Shown here piece after piece: positions 30,058 through 39,589 of a stretch of DNA of 64,000 nt. The stretch lies in the NCBI RefSeq assembly GCF_003057965.1, contig NZ_CP020921.1, forward strand, positions 608,916 to 672,915, given 5' to 3'. Made by a program: the position numbers and the translations under genes. A model generated the notes under the pieces. It worked only from the letters and a program-made list of their open reading frames with translations, was not told the DNA's origin and did not search any database. Positions within the stretch are counted from its first letter, which is position 1. Every line of letters begins with the position of its first letter. This DNA is from Thermodesulfobium acidiphilum (GTDB lineage Bacteria > Thermodesulfobiota > Thermodesulfobiia > Thermodesulfobiales > Thermodesulfobiaceae).

Positions 30058-31191
30058 TTGTTTTTGAAGTACAAGAAATTTTTGTTTTCGTTTCTAGCTT
30101 TATTGGGAGTGGGTTTGCTGTTGGCCGGTTGTGCTGGAACTCAGCAAAAGGCTGCAAGTTCTACGATTAAAGTTGCAGTAGTAGGTCCAATGACGGGTGC
30201 GCAAGCGAAATATGGAGAAGATTGGAAGAATTCTGCGCTTTTGGCTATTGATGAAATTAATGCAAAGGGAGGGATTAAGGGGAAGAAACTTGAAGCTGTA
30301 ATATTTGACGATGCAGCGGATCCAAAACAAGCTGTATCGGTAGCTCAAAAGATTGTTAGCGATCCAAGCATTATAGCTGTTATAGGCCACGTTAATTCTG
30401 GTTGTTCCATACCTGCATCTAAAATTTATGCCCAAGCTAATGTTCCAATGCTCACTGTTTCTACAAATCCTGAACTAACCCAACAAGGTTTAAAGAATAT
30501 TTTTAGAGTGGCTCCAACTGACAACGTTCAAGGTAGTTTTGCTGCTGATTTTTTGTTTAAAAAAGGATATAAGAATATAGCAATTTTACAAGATAAGTCT
30601 GCGTATGGTCAGGGAGTTGCTACAGAGTTTAAAAATAGCTTTGAGAAATTAGGTGGGAAAGTTCTTGCATTTGAAGGCGTAACAGAAGATCAAAAGGATT
30701 TTTCAGCTATACTTACGAAATTTAAAACTCTTAAACCAGACGCTATTTATTTTGGTGGTTACTACCCTGAGGGGGCTCTCATAACTAAACAAATGAGAGA
30801 TTTGGGTATGAAGATGCCTTTAGTAGGTCCAGATGGTTTGTATGATCCACAATTCTTAAAGATTGCAGGAGCAGCAGCTAATGGAGATATAATAACAAAT
30901 ATAGGTCTTAATATCGAGACAAATCCAAATGCTAAAGATTTTTTGGCAGCTTATAAGGCAAAATATGGAGAGCCTGGTGCATATGGTATATTTGCATACG
31001 AAGCCGTAAAAATATTGGCAGCTGCACTTGAAAAGGACCCAACAGCAAAGGGTGAAGCGCTTATAAAGCTTTTGGATGAAACTAATTACACTGGTGTTCT
31101 TGGGAAAACAACATTTGCTCCAAATGGAGACACGACTAATAAGGTGATCACGGTATATCAAGTAGAAAACGGTAAGTTTGTAGAGATTTAG
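30058..31191 (+). CDS. Branched-chain amino acid ABC transporter substrate-binding lipoprotein (LivJ/K type)
   Basis: Lipobox LAGC; GPMTG, INAKGGI.G, DD..DP, GH.NSG, YGQG, DFSAIL. Confidence 0.92.
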   Translation: MFLKYKKFLFSFLALLGVGLLLAGCAGTQQKAASSTIKVAVVGPMTGAQAKYGEDWKNSALLAIDEINAKGGIKGKKLEAVIFDDAADPKQAVSVAQKIVSDPSIIAVIGHVNSGCSIPASKIYAQANVPMLTVSTNPELTQQGLKNIFRVAPTDNVQGSFAADFLFKKGYKNIAILQDKSAYGQGVATEFKNSFEKLGGKVLAFEGVTEDQKDFSAILTKFKTLKPDAIYFGGYYPEGALITKQMRDLGMKMPLVGPDGLYDPQFLKIAGAAANGDIITNIGLNIETNPNAKDFLAAYKAKYGEPGAYGIFAYEAVKILAAALEKDPTAKGEALIKLLDETNYTGVLGKTTFAPNGDTTNKVITVYQVENGKFVEI

Positions 31192-31194
31192 GGG

Positions 31195-31223
31195 TTGGCA
31201 ATTTTAATTTTTTAGTTTATAAT
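31195..31223 (+). promoter_or_regulatory. Putative sigma70 promoter for tRNA-Gly/tRNA-Arg
   Basis: TTGGCA-17 bp-TATAAT ending 12 bp before tRNA-Gly. Confidence 0.7.
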
Positions 31224-31235
31224 CTCAACATGTGG

Positions 31236-31311
31236 GCGGGAGTAGCTCAGTCGGTAGAGCATCAGCCTTCCAAGCTGAGGGTCGCGGGTTCGAATCTCGT
31301 CTCCCGCTCCA
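31236..31311 (+). tRNA. tRNA-Gly (TCC)
   Basis: Cloverleaf GCGGGAG/CTCCCGC, anticodon arm TCAGC-CTTCCAA-GCTGA, GTTCGAAT, encoded CCA. Confidence 0.97.
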
Positions 31312-31322
31312 TGTTAGTTTAA

Positions 31323-31399
31323 GCGCCCGTAGCTCAGTTGGACAGAGCGGCGGACTTCTAATCCGTAGGTCACAGGTTCGAATCCTGTCGGGCGCGCCA
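31323..31399 (+). tRNA. tRNA-Arg (TCT)
   Basis: GCGCCCG/CGGGCGC acceptor, GCGGA-CTTCTAA-TCCGT anticodon arm, encoded CCA. Confidence 0.97.
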
Positions 31400-31432
31400 A
31401 TTTATTTTTTTATATGTAGGGGGAATATAAAA

Positions 31433-32217
31433 ATGAAGAAAGATATAATAGTTTATCAATGTGAACCATTCAAATCTTCAGAAGTTAATGTCAAAAAGAA
31501 AAATATTACTTATTTCTCAGATAAAACTACGCTAAAAAGTGTTCTTTTTTATAATTTTTTTATAATTCTAACGAACTAAGTAAAAGGCCTGGAATTTTGT
31601 TATTTTCGGATTGGGTAGGTGTAGGGGATTTTGCTTTTGAAAAAGCGAAGAATTTTGTTAAGGAAGGATTTGTTGTACTGGTTGTTGATGTTTATGGTAA
31701 TGGGAAAGTAGCAAGAGATCAAGTAGAGGCTTTTGAACTGTCTTCTATTTATAAAAATGATAGACTTTTAATGCGAAAGAGAGCTATAGCTTCATTAGAA
31801 GAATTTAAAAAAATTGAAATCGTTGATAAAAAAAACATATCAGCTGTGGGATACTGCTTTGGTGGTACAGTAGCATTAGAGTTGGCAAGAAGTGGTGCTA
31901 ATATAAGGAACGTTGTAACTTTCCATGCAGGCCTGGATACCCCATTAGAAGCTACACCTGGTAATTTTAGACCTAAGGTGTTAGCTTTGCACGGTGCGGA
32001 TGACCCACATGTGCCTATTGATCAGGTTTTAAAGTTTCAGGAAGAATTAAGAAAAGTTGGTGCTGATTGGGTTTTTGTTTCTTATGGAAATAGCGTTCAT
32101 TCATTTACCAACAAAAGAGTAGGTACAGATCTATCTAAAGGAGTGGCTTATAATAAGCTATCAGATAAGAGATCGTGGTCTGCCGCTATTGGTTTCTTAA
32201 AGGAGAATATTAAATAA
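31433..32217 (+). pseudogene. Dienelactone hydrolase family gene frameshifted by an 11-bp duplication
   Basis: SD AGGGGG and ATG at 31433; removing one TTTTTTATAAT copy joins it to ORF 31597-32217 (257 aa: ...VLFYNSNELSKRPGILLFSDW...); triad GYCFGG, HGADD, VHSF intact. Confidence 0.85.
31545..31566. repeat. Perfect 11-bp tandem duplication (TTTTTTATAAT)x2
   Basis: Read directly from the sequence. Confidence 0.9.
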
Positions 32218-32220
32218 GGG

Positions 32221-32316
32221 ATTTTAAAAAATAAAAAATTATTAGGAGTTTTACTTCTCGTAGCTGTTATATTGTTAGCTATATTGCCTAAAGAGTCTGC
32301 CAGAGAATCTGCTTAA
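32221..32316 (+). other. Unannotated hydrophobic mini-ORF or signal-peptide remnant (31 codons, no canonical start)
   Basis: ILKNKKLLGVLLLVAVILLAILPKESARESA*; AAGGG immediately upstream; only ATT/TTA at the start position. Confidence 0.35.
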
Positions 32317-32321
32317 TTTAT

Positions 32322-32364
32322 GCCTCTGTAGTTAAGATTAGATTTTTTAGCTGCAGAGGTTTTT
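32322..32364 (+). terminator. Intrinsic terminator-like hairpin
   Basis: 16-bp stem GCCTCTGTAGTTAAGA/TTTTAGCTGCAGAGGT with four G-U pairs, 7-nt loop, then TTTT. Confidence 0.7.
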
Positions 32365-32374
32365 GTGATAAAAT
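32364..32374 (+). promoter_or_regulatory. Extended -10 promoter, probably giving a leaderless chrA mRNA
   Basis: TGTG-A-TAAAAT ends 7 nt before ATG 32382; no SD in between. Confidence 0.5.
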
Positions 32375-32381
32375 CTAAAAC

Positions 32382-33557
32382 ATGAAAAAAGTTATTAATT
32401 CTTGTCCGACACCTTTACATTTTCTTATAAAGTGTTTGTATTTGGGCTCTGTTTCATTTGGGGGAGTTGCAATGATACCTACTCTGAGAACCGAGTTTGT
32501 AAAAAAATATTCATGTGTAAGCGACAATTCATTCTTAAGAGGTATTACTCTTACAGAGTTCTTACCGGGTTCAATTATTAGTAATCTTGTAGGGTTTATA
32601 GCATATAGGACTTTTGGTTTTTGGTATGGAATTTTATCATCCTTAGCTATTGTTTTTCCCTCTATATTAATGATGGTTTTCTTTGCATTTTTGTACATAC
32701 ATGGTAATGTAACAGTAATAAATCTAGTTTTTAGAGGATTAAAACCCTTTGTGGTCGCATTCTTTTTTATTGCTTTTTTACAATTTTATAAAAAATACGT
32801 TAAATCTGGAAGACAGTTAATTTTCCTCATTATCTCATTTGTTACCTTTTTAAACGATGTTGAGATTATTTATGTATTTTTATTATCGTTTTTATTTGGA
32901 TCTTTTTTGCTTAAAATAGATATACCCCAAATAAAGAGTTATACAACTGAGAATCTTTCTTTGAAAGAAATTATTTATGTACTTCTTATATTAACAACAA
33001 TGCTTTTAGTTGTTTTTTTCTTATTTCCAAATTTTTTTGATTTTTGTATTAGTTTAAGTAAAATTAGTTTGCTCGCTTTTGGTGGCGCTCAATCTGCCCT
33101 ACCTCTTTATCACGCGACCTTTGTTGTTAATAACAATCTTTTAACACAAAATGCTTATCTGGATGCTGTTCTTATAAGCCAAATTACTCCTGGGCCGGTT
33201 CTATGTCTTTCTGGATATCTTGGATATGTTTATGGAGGATTTGTGGGTGCAATGCTAGCATTTTTATTTACCTTTGTACCGCCTATAATTTTATTAATTC
33301 TGATTGATCCGTTTTATGATAGGTTGAGCAAAAAAACCTGGTTCTATAGAGGTATGATCGGAGTGATTACATCTTTAACTGCTCTCCTCCTGTCATTGGG
33401 AGTTCAATTCTTTCCACAAACCATAATTGACCCATTTACTTTTTCTGTTATGATTATAAGTGCAATATCTCTTTATTATAAAAAACCTGTTATATTTACA
33501 GTGTTATTCATTTCTATCTGTAGTTATTTTTATTACGGCTTTTTAATACATTTTTAA
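32382..33557 (+). CDS. chrA: Chromate efflux transporter, long-chain CHR family
   Basis: Two homologous halves with SFGG...LPG and AFGG...TPGP motifs. Confidence 0.9.
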   Translation: MKKVINSCPTPLHFLIKCLYLGSVSFGGVAMIPTLRTEFVKKYSCVSDNSFLRGITLTEFLPGSIISNLVGFIAYRTFGFWYGILSSLAIVFPSILMMVFFAFLYIHGNVTVINLVFRGLKPFVVAFFFIAFLQFYKKYVKSGRQLIFLIISFVTFLNDVEIIYVFLLSFLFGSFLLKIDIPQIKSYTTENLSLKEIIYVLLILTTMLLVVFFLFPNFFDFCISLSKISLLAFGGAQSALPLYHATFVVNNNLLTQNAYLDAVLISQITPGPVLCLSGYLGYVYGGFVGAMLAFLFTFVPPIILLILIDPFYDRLSKKTWFYRGMIGVITSLTALLLSLGVQFFPQTIIDPFTFSVMIISAISLYYKKPVIFTVLFISICSYFYYGFLIHF

Positions 33558-33619
33558 ATAGGTTTTTTTATTTTTTTAAGTTATAATTTATATTAAAAGA
33601 ATTAAGAAGTTTGTCATGG

Positions 33620-33647
33620 TTGACAATTTTTATCTTTTTTGTAGAAT
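33620..33647 (+). promoter_or_regulatory. Putative sigma70 promoter for tRNA-Glu/tRNA-Val (and possibly the rpoD operon)
   Basis: TTGACA-16 bp-TAGAAT ending 9 bp before tRNA-Glu. Confidence 0.75.
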
Positions 33648-33656
33648 ATTAACGAT

Positions 33657-33732
33657 GCCTCCATCGTCTAGGGGACTAGGACACAGCCCTTTCAAGGCTG
33701 AAACAGGGGTTCGAATCCCCTTGGAGGTACCA
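33657..33732 (+). tRNA. tRNA-Glu (TTC)
   Basis: GCCTCCA/TGGAGGT acceptor, CAGCC-CTTTCAA-GGCTG anticodon arm, encoded CCA. Confidence 0.96.
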
Positions 33733-33759
33733 TTTTGTTTTATGTACTTCTTAAAAAGT

Positions 33760-33834
33760 GGGCGGATAGCTCAGTGGAAGAGCACCTGCTTTACACGCAG
33801 GGGGTCGTAGGTTCGAACCCTACTTCGCCCACCA
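33760..33834 (+). tRNA. tRNA-Val (TAC)
   Basis: GGGCGGA/TTCGCCC acceptor, CCTGC-TTTACAC-GCAGG anticodon arm, encoded CCA. Confidence 0.96.
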
Positions 33835-33867
33835 TTTTTTTAAAACTTCATTTTAGAAGGTGAAAAA

Positions 33868-34938
33868 ATGCCAAAGAATTCTAAAAAAGTTAAAAAAAAT
33901 CCACAAATACCAAATGTAGAAGATCAATCTTATAAGAGTTTTTCTAATTATTTTGATGATTTAGAGGAACCGTCCGATTTAGATAATATAATAAAGTCCA
34001 TAGAAGCTGGCAATGTGGATGATGAGGATCAAGATCTTTTAAAAATTGTTAACGATACTGAGCCGGTTTCAGCAGAAGATGTCCTAATTATGCCAGAAGA
34101 ACGTGTTCCTATGGTCGAAGATCCAGTAAGACAATATCTTAAAGAAATCGGTAAAATACCTCTTTTAAAGCATTCAGAGGAAAAATATTTGGCTGAGAGG
34201 GCATTTCATGGTGATGAAGCAGCTAAGAAGAAACTTGCCGAAGCGAACCTGAGACTTGTAGTTTCAATTGCTAAAAAATATACAAAAAGAGGTTTATTGT
34301 TTCTTGATCTAATTCAGGAAGGTAATATGGGCTTATTAAGAGCTGTTGAAAAGTTTGACTATAGAAAGGGTTATAAATTTTCAACCTATGCAACATGGTG
34401 GATTAGGCAAGCTGTTACTAGAGCTATAGCAGATCAAGCAAGAACAATAAGAATACCAGTACACATGGTGGAGACTATTAATAAGTACAAAAAAACCGTA
34501 AGAAATTTAAGCCAGCAATTGAGTAGAAAACCTACCGACGAAGAAATAGCAGAAAAGATGGAAGTGAACGTTGAAAAAATTCATGAAATCAAAAGAATTT
34601 CTCAAGAACCCATATCTATCGAAACTCCTATTGGAAAGGATGAAGATAGTCATCTTGGAGATTTTATAGCAGACGAGTCGATTTCATCACCTATGGAAGC
34701 AGTAACATATCGTCTTTTGAAAGAAGATTTAGAAGAAGTAATAAAGGATTTACAACCAAGAGAAAGAGATGTGGTTAGGCTTAGATTTGGCCTAGTTGAT
34801 GGCCATGCAAGAACACTCGAAGAAGTGGGTAAAGAATTTGGCGTTACCAGAGAAAGGATTCGCCAGATAGAAGCTAAAGCGCTTAGAAAATTAAGACACC
34901 CAAGCAGGAGTCGTAAGCTTAGGGATTATTTAGTATAA
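33868..34938 (+). CDS. rpoD: Primary sigma factor RpoD/SigA
   Basis: [65 protein letters not shown]. Confidence 0.97.
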   Translation: MPKNSKKVKKNPQIPNVEDQSYKSFSNYFDDLEEPSDLDNIIKSIEAGNVDDEDQDLLKIVNDTEPVSAEDVLIMPEERVPMVEDPVRQYLKEIGKIPLLKHSEEKYLAERAFHGDEAAKKKLAEANLRLVVSIAKKYTKRGLLFLDLIQEGNMGLLRAVEKFDYRKGYKFSTYATWWIRQAVTRAIADQARTIRIPVHMVETINKYKKTVRNLSQQLSRKPTDEEIAEKMEVNVEKIHEIKRISQEPISIETPIGKDEDSHLGDFIADESISSPMEAVTYRLLKEDLEEVIKDLQPRERDVVRLRFGLVDGHARTLEEVGKEFGVTRERIRQIEAKALRKLRHPSRSRKLRDYLV

Positions 34939-34940
34939 CT

Positions 34941-35620
<680 letters not shown>

Positions 35621-35624
<4 letters not shown>

Positions 35625-36394
35625 TTTTTAGAGTAATAACAGCCTGTTGGGGAATACCTGTTTTGTTGTTTCTTGTTTATGCAGGTAATTTGTGGCTTTT
35701 GTTGCTTCTTTCTGTTTTGATTTTATGTTCTACGTATGAATTTAGCGTAATGATGAAGAATAACAATCATAAAATGCCATATATTACTTTTTTGGTCTCA
35801 TTCATAGTATTTTTTGGAAATATTTTCGGTTTTCTATCCCTGTCAGTTTTTTTAAGCATGTTAATACTTTTCCTCTGGTCAATAATTTTTTTCAATAGAT
35901 ATACCTTATTTGATATTTGTCTTTCATTCGTCTGTATATTTTTTATATCCTTTTCACTTTCTTTCTTTTATCTTATCAGAAATCTTGATAACGGCTTTTT
36001 TTGGTCAGTGACTCTTTTAACGAGTTTATGGTTAGGTGATTCTATGGCTTATATAGTAGGTAAAAATTTTGGTAAACATAAGCTTTTAGATGTTTCACCG
36101 AAAAAAACCTGGGAAGGTGCTTTAGCAAATATGGTTTTTGGTATCATTCCTTTTATAGTTCTTTCGACTTTTTTGCAGAAATCCATTTTTTTGTTGATTT
36201 TTTTAGGTATTCTTGTTAACATAGTTTCTCAAATTTCAGATCTAAGCGAGTCTTTGATCAAGAGAACTTTTGATTGCAAAGACTCGGGGAATTTTTTGCC
36301 AGGGCATGGAGGTTTTTTTGATAGATTCGATAGTTTATTTTTCTCTTCGCCAATTTTATATTTTATAATTCTTTATCTTGGAAAAATTAAATGA
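35621..36394 (+). CDS. cdsA: Phosphatidate cytidylyltransferase
   Basis: SPKKTWEG, DL.ES.IKR....KDSG..LPGHGG.FDRFDS. Confidence 0.95.
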
Positions 36395-37518
36395 AAAAGG
36401 TAATTTTGATTGGATCTACAGGTTCAATAGGTACACAAACTTTAGAGGTTGTTAGAAAATATCCTGATAAACTAAAAGTTGTAGGTTTGGCTGCAAGAAA
36501 GATGTCAGAAAAATTAAAAGATCAAATCCAGGAATTTCAACCTGAATATGTTGCCCTTTTGTATAAAGAAAATTTTGATGTTAAGTCAGAGAAAACTTTA
36601 TATGGTTTTGATGGAATCTTAGAAATGATAAGGGAAACAGAGGCTGACATAGTTTTGTTAGCCTGGGTAGGAAAGGATTCAATATATATTGCTAAAGCGG
36701 CACTAGACTCAAATAAAGACCTTGCATTTGCTACAAAGGAAATACTTGTTTATGGTGGAAATTTAATTGTAAATTATGCAAAAAAAGTTGGCAGAAAAAT
36801 TTTACCTGTGGATAGTGAGCACAACGCTATCTTTCAGCTACTAGAAAAGGAAGATATTTCTTTTGTTGACTCTATATATCTAACAGCTTCAGGTGGGCCG
36901 TTTTATAACAAGCACTTTATTAAAAATCCCTCAGTTGATGAAGTTTTGTTGCATCCTACATGGAAAATGGGACCAAAAGTGACTGTTGATTCTGCTAATC
37001 TGATGAATAAAGGTTTTGAAGTAATAGAGGCTTCATTTCTTTTTGGTTTTGATTCTAGTAAGATTAAAGTTCTTATTAATAGAACCAGTTTAGTTCACTC
37101 TTTAGTTTCATTTATTGATGGTTCTGTTAGAATTTTGTATTATAAACCAGATATGCGTATACCTATACAACATGCTCTCTCTTATCCTGAAAGATGGGCC
37201 GCTCAAAAAGAAGATTTTGAAAATCATTTCGTTTTAGAATTTGAAAAGCCAGATTATAATGAATTTCCATGCTTGGCTCTCGCTTATGAAGCTTTAAAAA
37301 GTGGTTCAATTAAAACTGCATCGCTTGCTGCTTGTGATGAAATTTTGGTTGATGCATTTCTAAATAAAAAGATTTCATTTTTAAGTATCCCAAAGATGCT
37401 AGAATTGATCTTATCAAAATCTGATTCGGGCAATATTACATCTTTTGAAGAGATAGATTTAATTTATAATGAAACTGTTGCAAGAAGTTTAGAGTTGTTG
37501 GAGGTATATAAATTTTAA
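36391..37518 (+). CDS. dxr: 1-deoxy-D-xylulose-5-phosphate reductoisomerase
   Basis: GSTGSIG, PVDSEH, TASGGPF, HPTWKMG, MNKGFE. Confidence 0.96.
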   Translation: MKKVILIGSTGSIGTQTLEVVRKYPDKLKVVGLAARKMSEKLKDQIQEFQPEYVALLYKENFDVKSEKTLYGFDGILEMIRETEADIVLLAWVGKDSIYIAKAALDSNKDLAFATKEILVYGGNLIVNYAKKVGRKILPVDSEHNAIFQLLEKEDISFVDSIYLTASGGPFYNKHFIKNPSVDEVLLHPTWKMGPKVTVDSANLMNKGFEVIEASFLFGFDSSKIKVLINRTSLVHSLVSFIDGSVRILYYKPDMRIPIQHALSYPERWAAQKEDFENHFVLEFEKPDYNEFPCLALAYEALKSGSIKTASLAACDEILVDAFLNKKISFLSIPKMLELILSKSDSGNITSFEEIDLIYNETVARSLELLEVYKF

Positions 37519-38540
37519 TGAGTATTTTAATTTTTATTTTGGTAATTTTCGTTGCGACATTAGTTCATGAAGCAGGACACTTTGTTTTTGCTAGGATTTT
37601 TGGAGTAGGGGTTTTTGAATTCTCAATTGGTTTTGGACCAAGAATTTTCAAAAGTAAATATAAAGAAACAGACCTTAGTATAAGGATTCTCCCGCTTGGT
37701 GGTTTTGTGAGGATTGCAGGTTTGGATGAGGGGGAAGTCCCTCCTGGAAAAAAGAGGTTCGATCAAATTAGATCATTTCAAAAAATTTTGGTAATTTTAG
37801 CTGGTCCAGTAATGAACATAATTATGGCTGCAGTACTTTTTACTCTCGTATATACACAGGGTGTTTATGTTCCTGATTTAAAGATTCAATCAGTTAATAA
37901 CAATTTTCCAGCTGCAAAGGCTGGAATACAGGTTGGAGATAGGATTGTTGCTGTAAATGATATTCCCATTAAAACACCAAATGAATTAATTAAAATAGTG
38001 TCTGAATCAAAGGGGGAAAAACTTAATTTAACTATCCTGAGAGATGATAAATATATAAACATTAGTCTTAATCCAGAATTCGATCAGAAAGAAAATAGAT
38101 ATTTAATTGGCATAATGTTTGATCGCACCTTGAAGAAATATTCAATTCTTGAGTCTATATATATGGGATTTACTCAAACCATATCTTGGTCTATTGCGCT
38201 TGTTGTAAGCATTTGGATGTTAATAACAGGAAAGGTTCCGGTGGGAAGTCTGGCGGGGCCTATAGGGATAGCCAGTATGCTTGGCCAGGCTGCTAACGAA
38301 GGTCTAACTGCTCTTATTTTTTTTGTAGGTTTTTTATCTTTAAACTTAGGGATATTAAATCTACTTCCTATTCCTGCTCTTGACGGTTCAAGAATTCTAT
38401 TTTTGCTTGTTGAAGTTCTTAGAGGAAAGCCTATAGATCCAAAAAAAGAAAATTTTATACATGTGGCGGGTTTTGTATTTTTAATTTTATTAATGATATT
38501 TATCAGTTATTTTGATATATTGAGGATTTTTAAAAGGTGA
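37518..38540 (+). CDS. rseP: RIP metalloprotease RseP (M50 with PDZ)
   Basis: HEAGH, PLGGFV, AGP..N, PDZ domain, NLLPIPALDG. Confidence 0.95.
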   Translation: MSILIFILVIFVATLVHEAGHFVFARIFGVGVFEFSIGFGPRIFKSKYKETDLSIRILPLGGFVRIAGLDEGEVPPGKKRFDQIRSFQKILVILAGPVMNIIMAAVLFTLVYTQGVYVPDLKIQSVNNNFPAAKAGIQVGDRIVAVNDIPIKTPNELIKIVSESKGEKLNLTILRDDKYINISLNPEFDQKENRYLIGIMFDRTLKKYSILESIYMGFTQTISWSIALVVSIWMLITGKVPVGSLAGPIGIASMLGQAANEGLTALIFFVGFLSLNLGILNLLPIPALDGSRILFLLVEVLRGKPIDPKKENFIHVAGFVFLILLMIFISYFDILRIFKR

Positions 38541-39589
38541 TTAGAAAAAAGGTTGCCGTTAGGGATTTAATTTTTGGATCTGGTAAAGTTTTTGTTCAAA
38601 CAATGACAAAAACTGATACAAGAAATGTTAGTGCTACTATTAAGCAAATCAGACAAATCCAAAAAGCTGGTGCTGATCTAGTAAGGCTGGCAGTTCCAGA
38701 TAACGATGCGGCAGAAGCTATTTATAAAATTGTCAAAAAAGTATCAATACCTCTTGTAGCAGACATTCATTTTGATTATAGATTAGCTTTAAAGGCTATT
38801 GATGCAGGGATTTCTAAGATAAGAATAAATCCTGGCAATATTGGTTCAAAAAATAATTTGCTAGAAGTTGTGAGAGCTGCATCGAACAACAATATTCCTA
38901 TTAGAATAGGCGTCAATGAAGGATCTATACCTAAAGATCTCCTTGGAAAGTTTCAAGATGATCCTGTTGATGCTCTTGTTAGAACTGTAGAAAGAGAAGT
39001 AAGTTTGCTGGAAGATAGTGGATTTAGCAATATTGTGATAAGTGCAAAGACTTTTTCTGTCAATTTGCTTCTAAAGACATATAGTTTGCTTTTTGAAAAA
39101 TTTCCCTATCCTTTACATGTAGGGGTTACTGAATCAGGTCCCTTGTTTCAAGGAACAATAAGATCAAGCGTTGCTATAGGTATTCTTTTAAGCAAAGGCA
39201 TAGGGGATACCATAAGAGTATCTCTCAGTTCTAGTCCAATTGATGAGATAAGGGTTGGAAGAGAGATTCTTAAATCTCTTGAACTTGAAATTGGCCCAGT
39301 AATAATATCTTGTCCAACTTGTGGTAGAACAGAAGTAAATTTAAGCAAATTAACTAAAATTGTTGAAAAGAGACTTTTGAATGTAAAAAAACCATTAAAA
39401 ATTGCTATTATGGGTTGTGCAGTAAATGGTCCTTCTGAGGCTAAATCTGCTGATTTGGGTATCGCATGCGCTAAACAATTTGCCTTTTTGTTTAAATATG
39501 GAAAAATAATAAAAAAAATTGATAGTGATAATTTGGAAAGAGTTTTTTTGGCTGAATTAGAATCTCTTATTTTTCAGGAGGATTTATGA
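38537..39589 (+). CDS. ispG: HMBPP synthase IspG
   Basis: VQTMT, ADIHF, RINPGN, HVGVTE, GDTIRVSL, CPTCGR, MGC.VNGP. Confidence 0.96.
   Translation: MIRKKVAVRDLIFGSGKVFVQTMTKTDTRNVSATIKQIRQIQKAGADLVRLAVPDNDAAEAIYKIVKKVSIPLVADIHFDYRLALKAIDAGISKIRINPGNIGSKNNLLEVVRAASNNNIPIRIGVNEGSIPKDLLGKFQDDPVDALVRTVEREVSLLEDSGFSNIVISAKTFSVNLLLKTYSLLFEKFPYPLHVGVTESGPLFQGTIRSSVAIGILLSKGIGDTIRVSLSSSPIDEIRVGREILKSLELEIGPVIISCPTCGRTEVNLSKLTKIVEKRLLNVKKPLKIAIMGCAVNGPSEAKSADLGIACAKQFAFLFKYGKIIKKIDSDNLERVFLAELESLIFQEDL

Noticed and set aside
31232..31432. 5' part of the 115-aa ORF 31232-31579
   Set aside because: It reads through tRNA-Gly and tRNA-Arg; only the part from ATG 31433 is real (hydrolase N-terminus)
33616..33810. 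64-aa ORF
   Set aside because: Overlaps the promoter, tRNA-Glu and tRNA-Val
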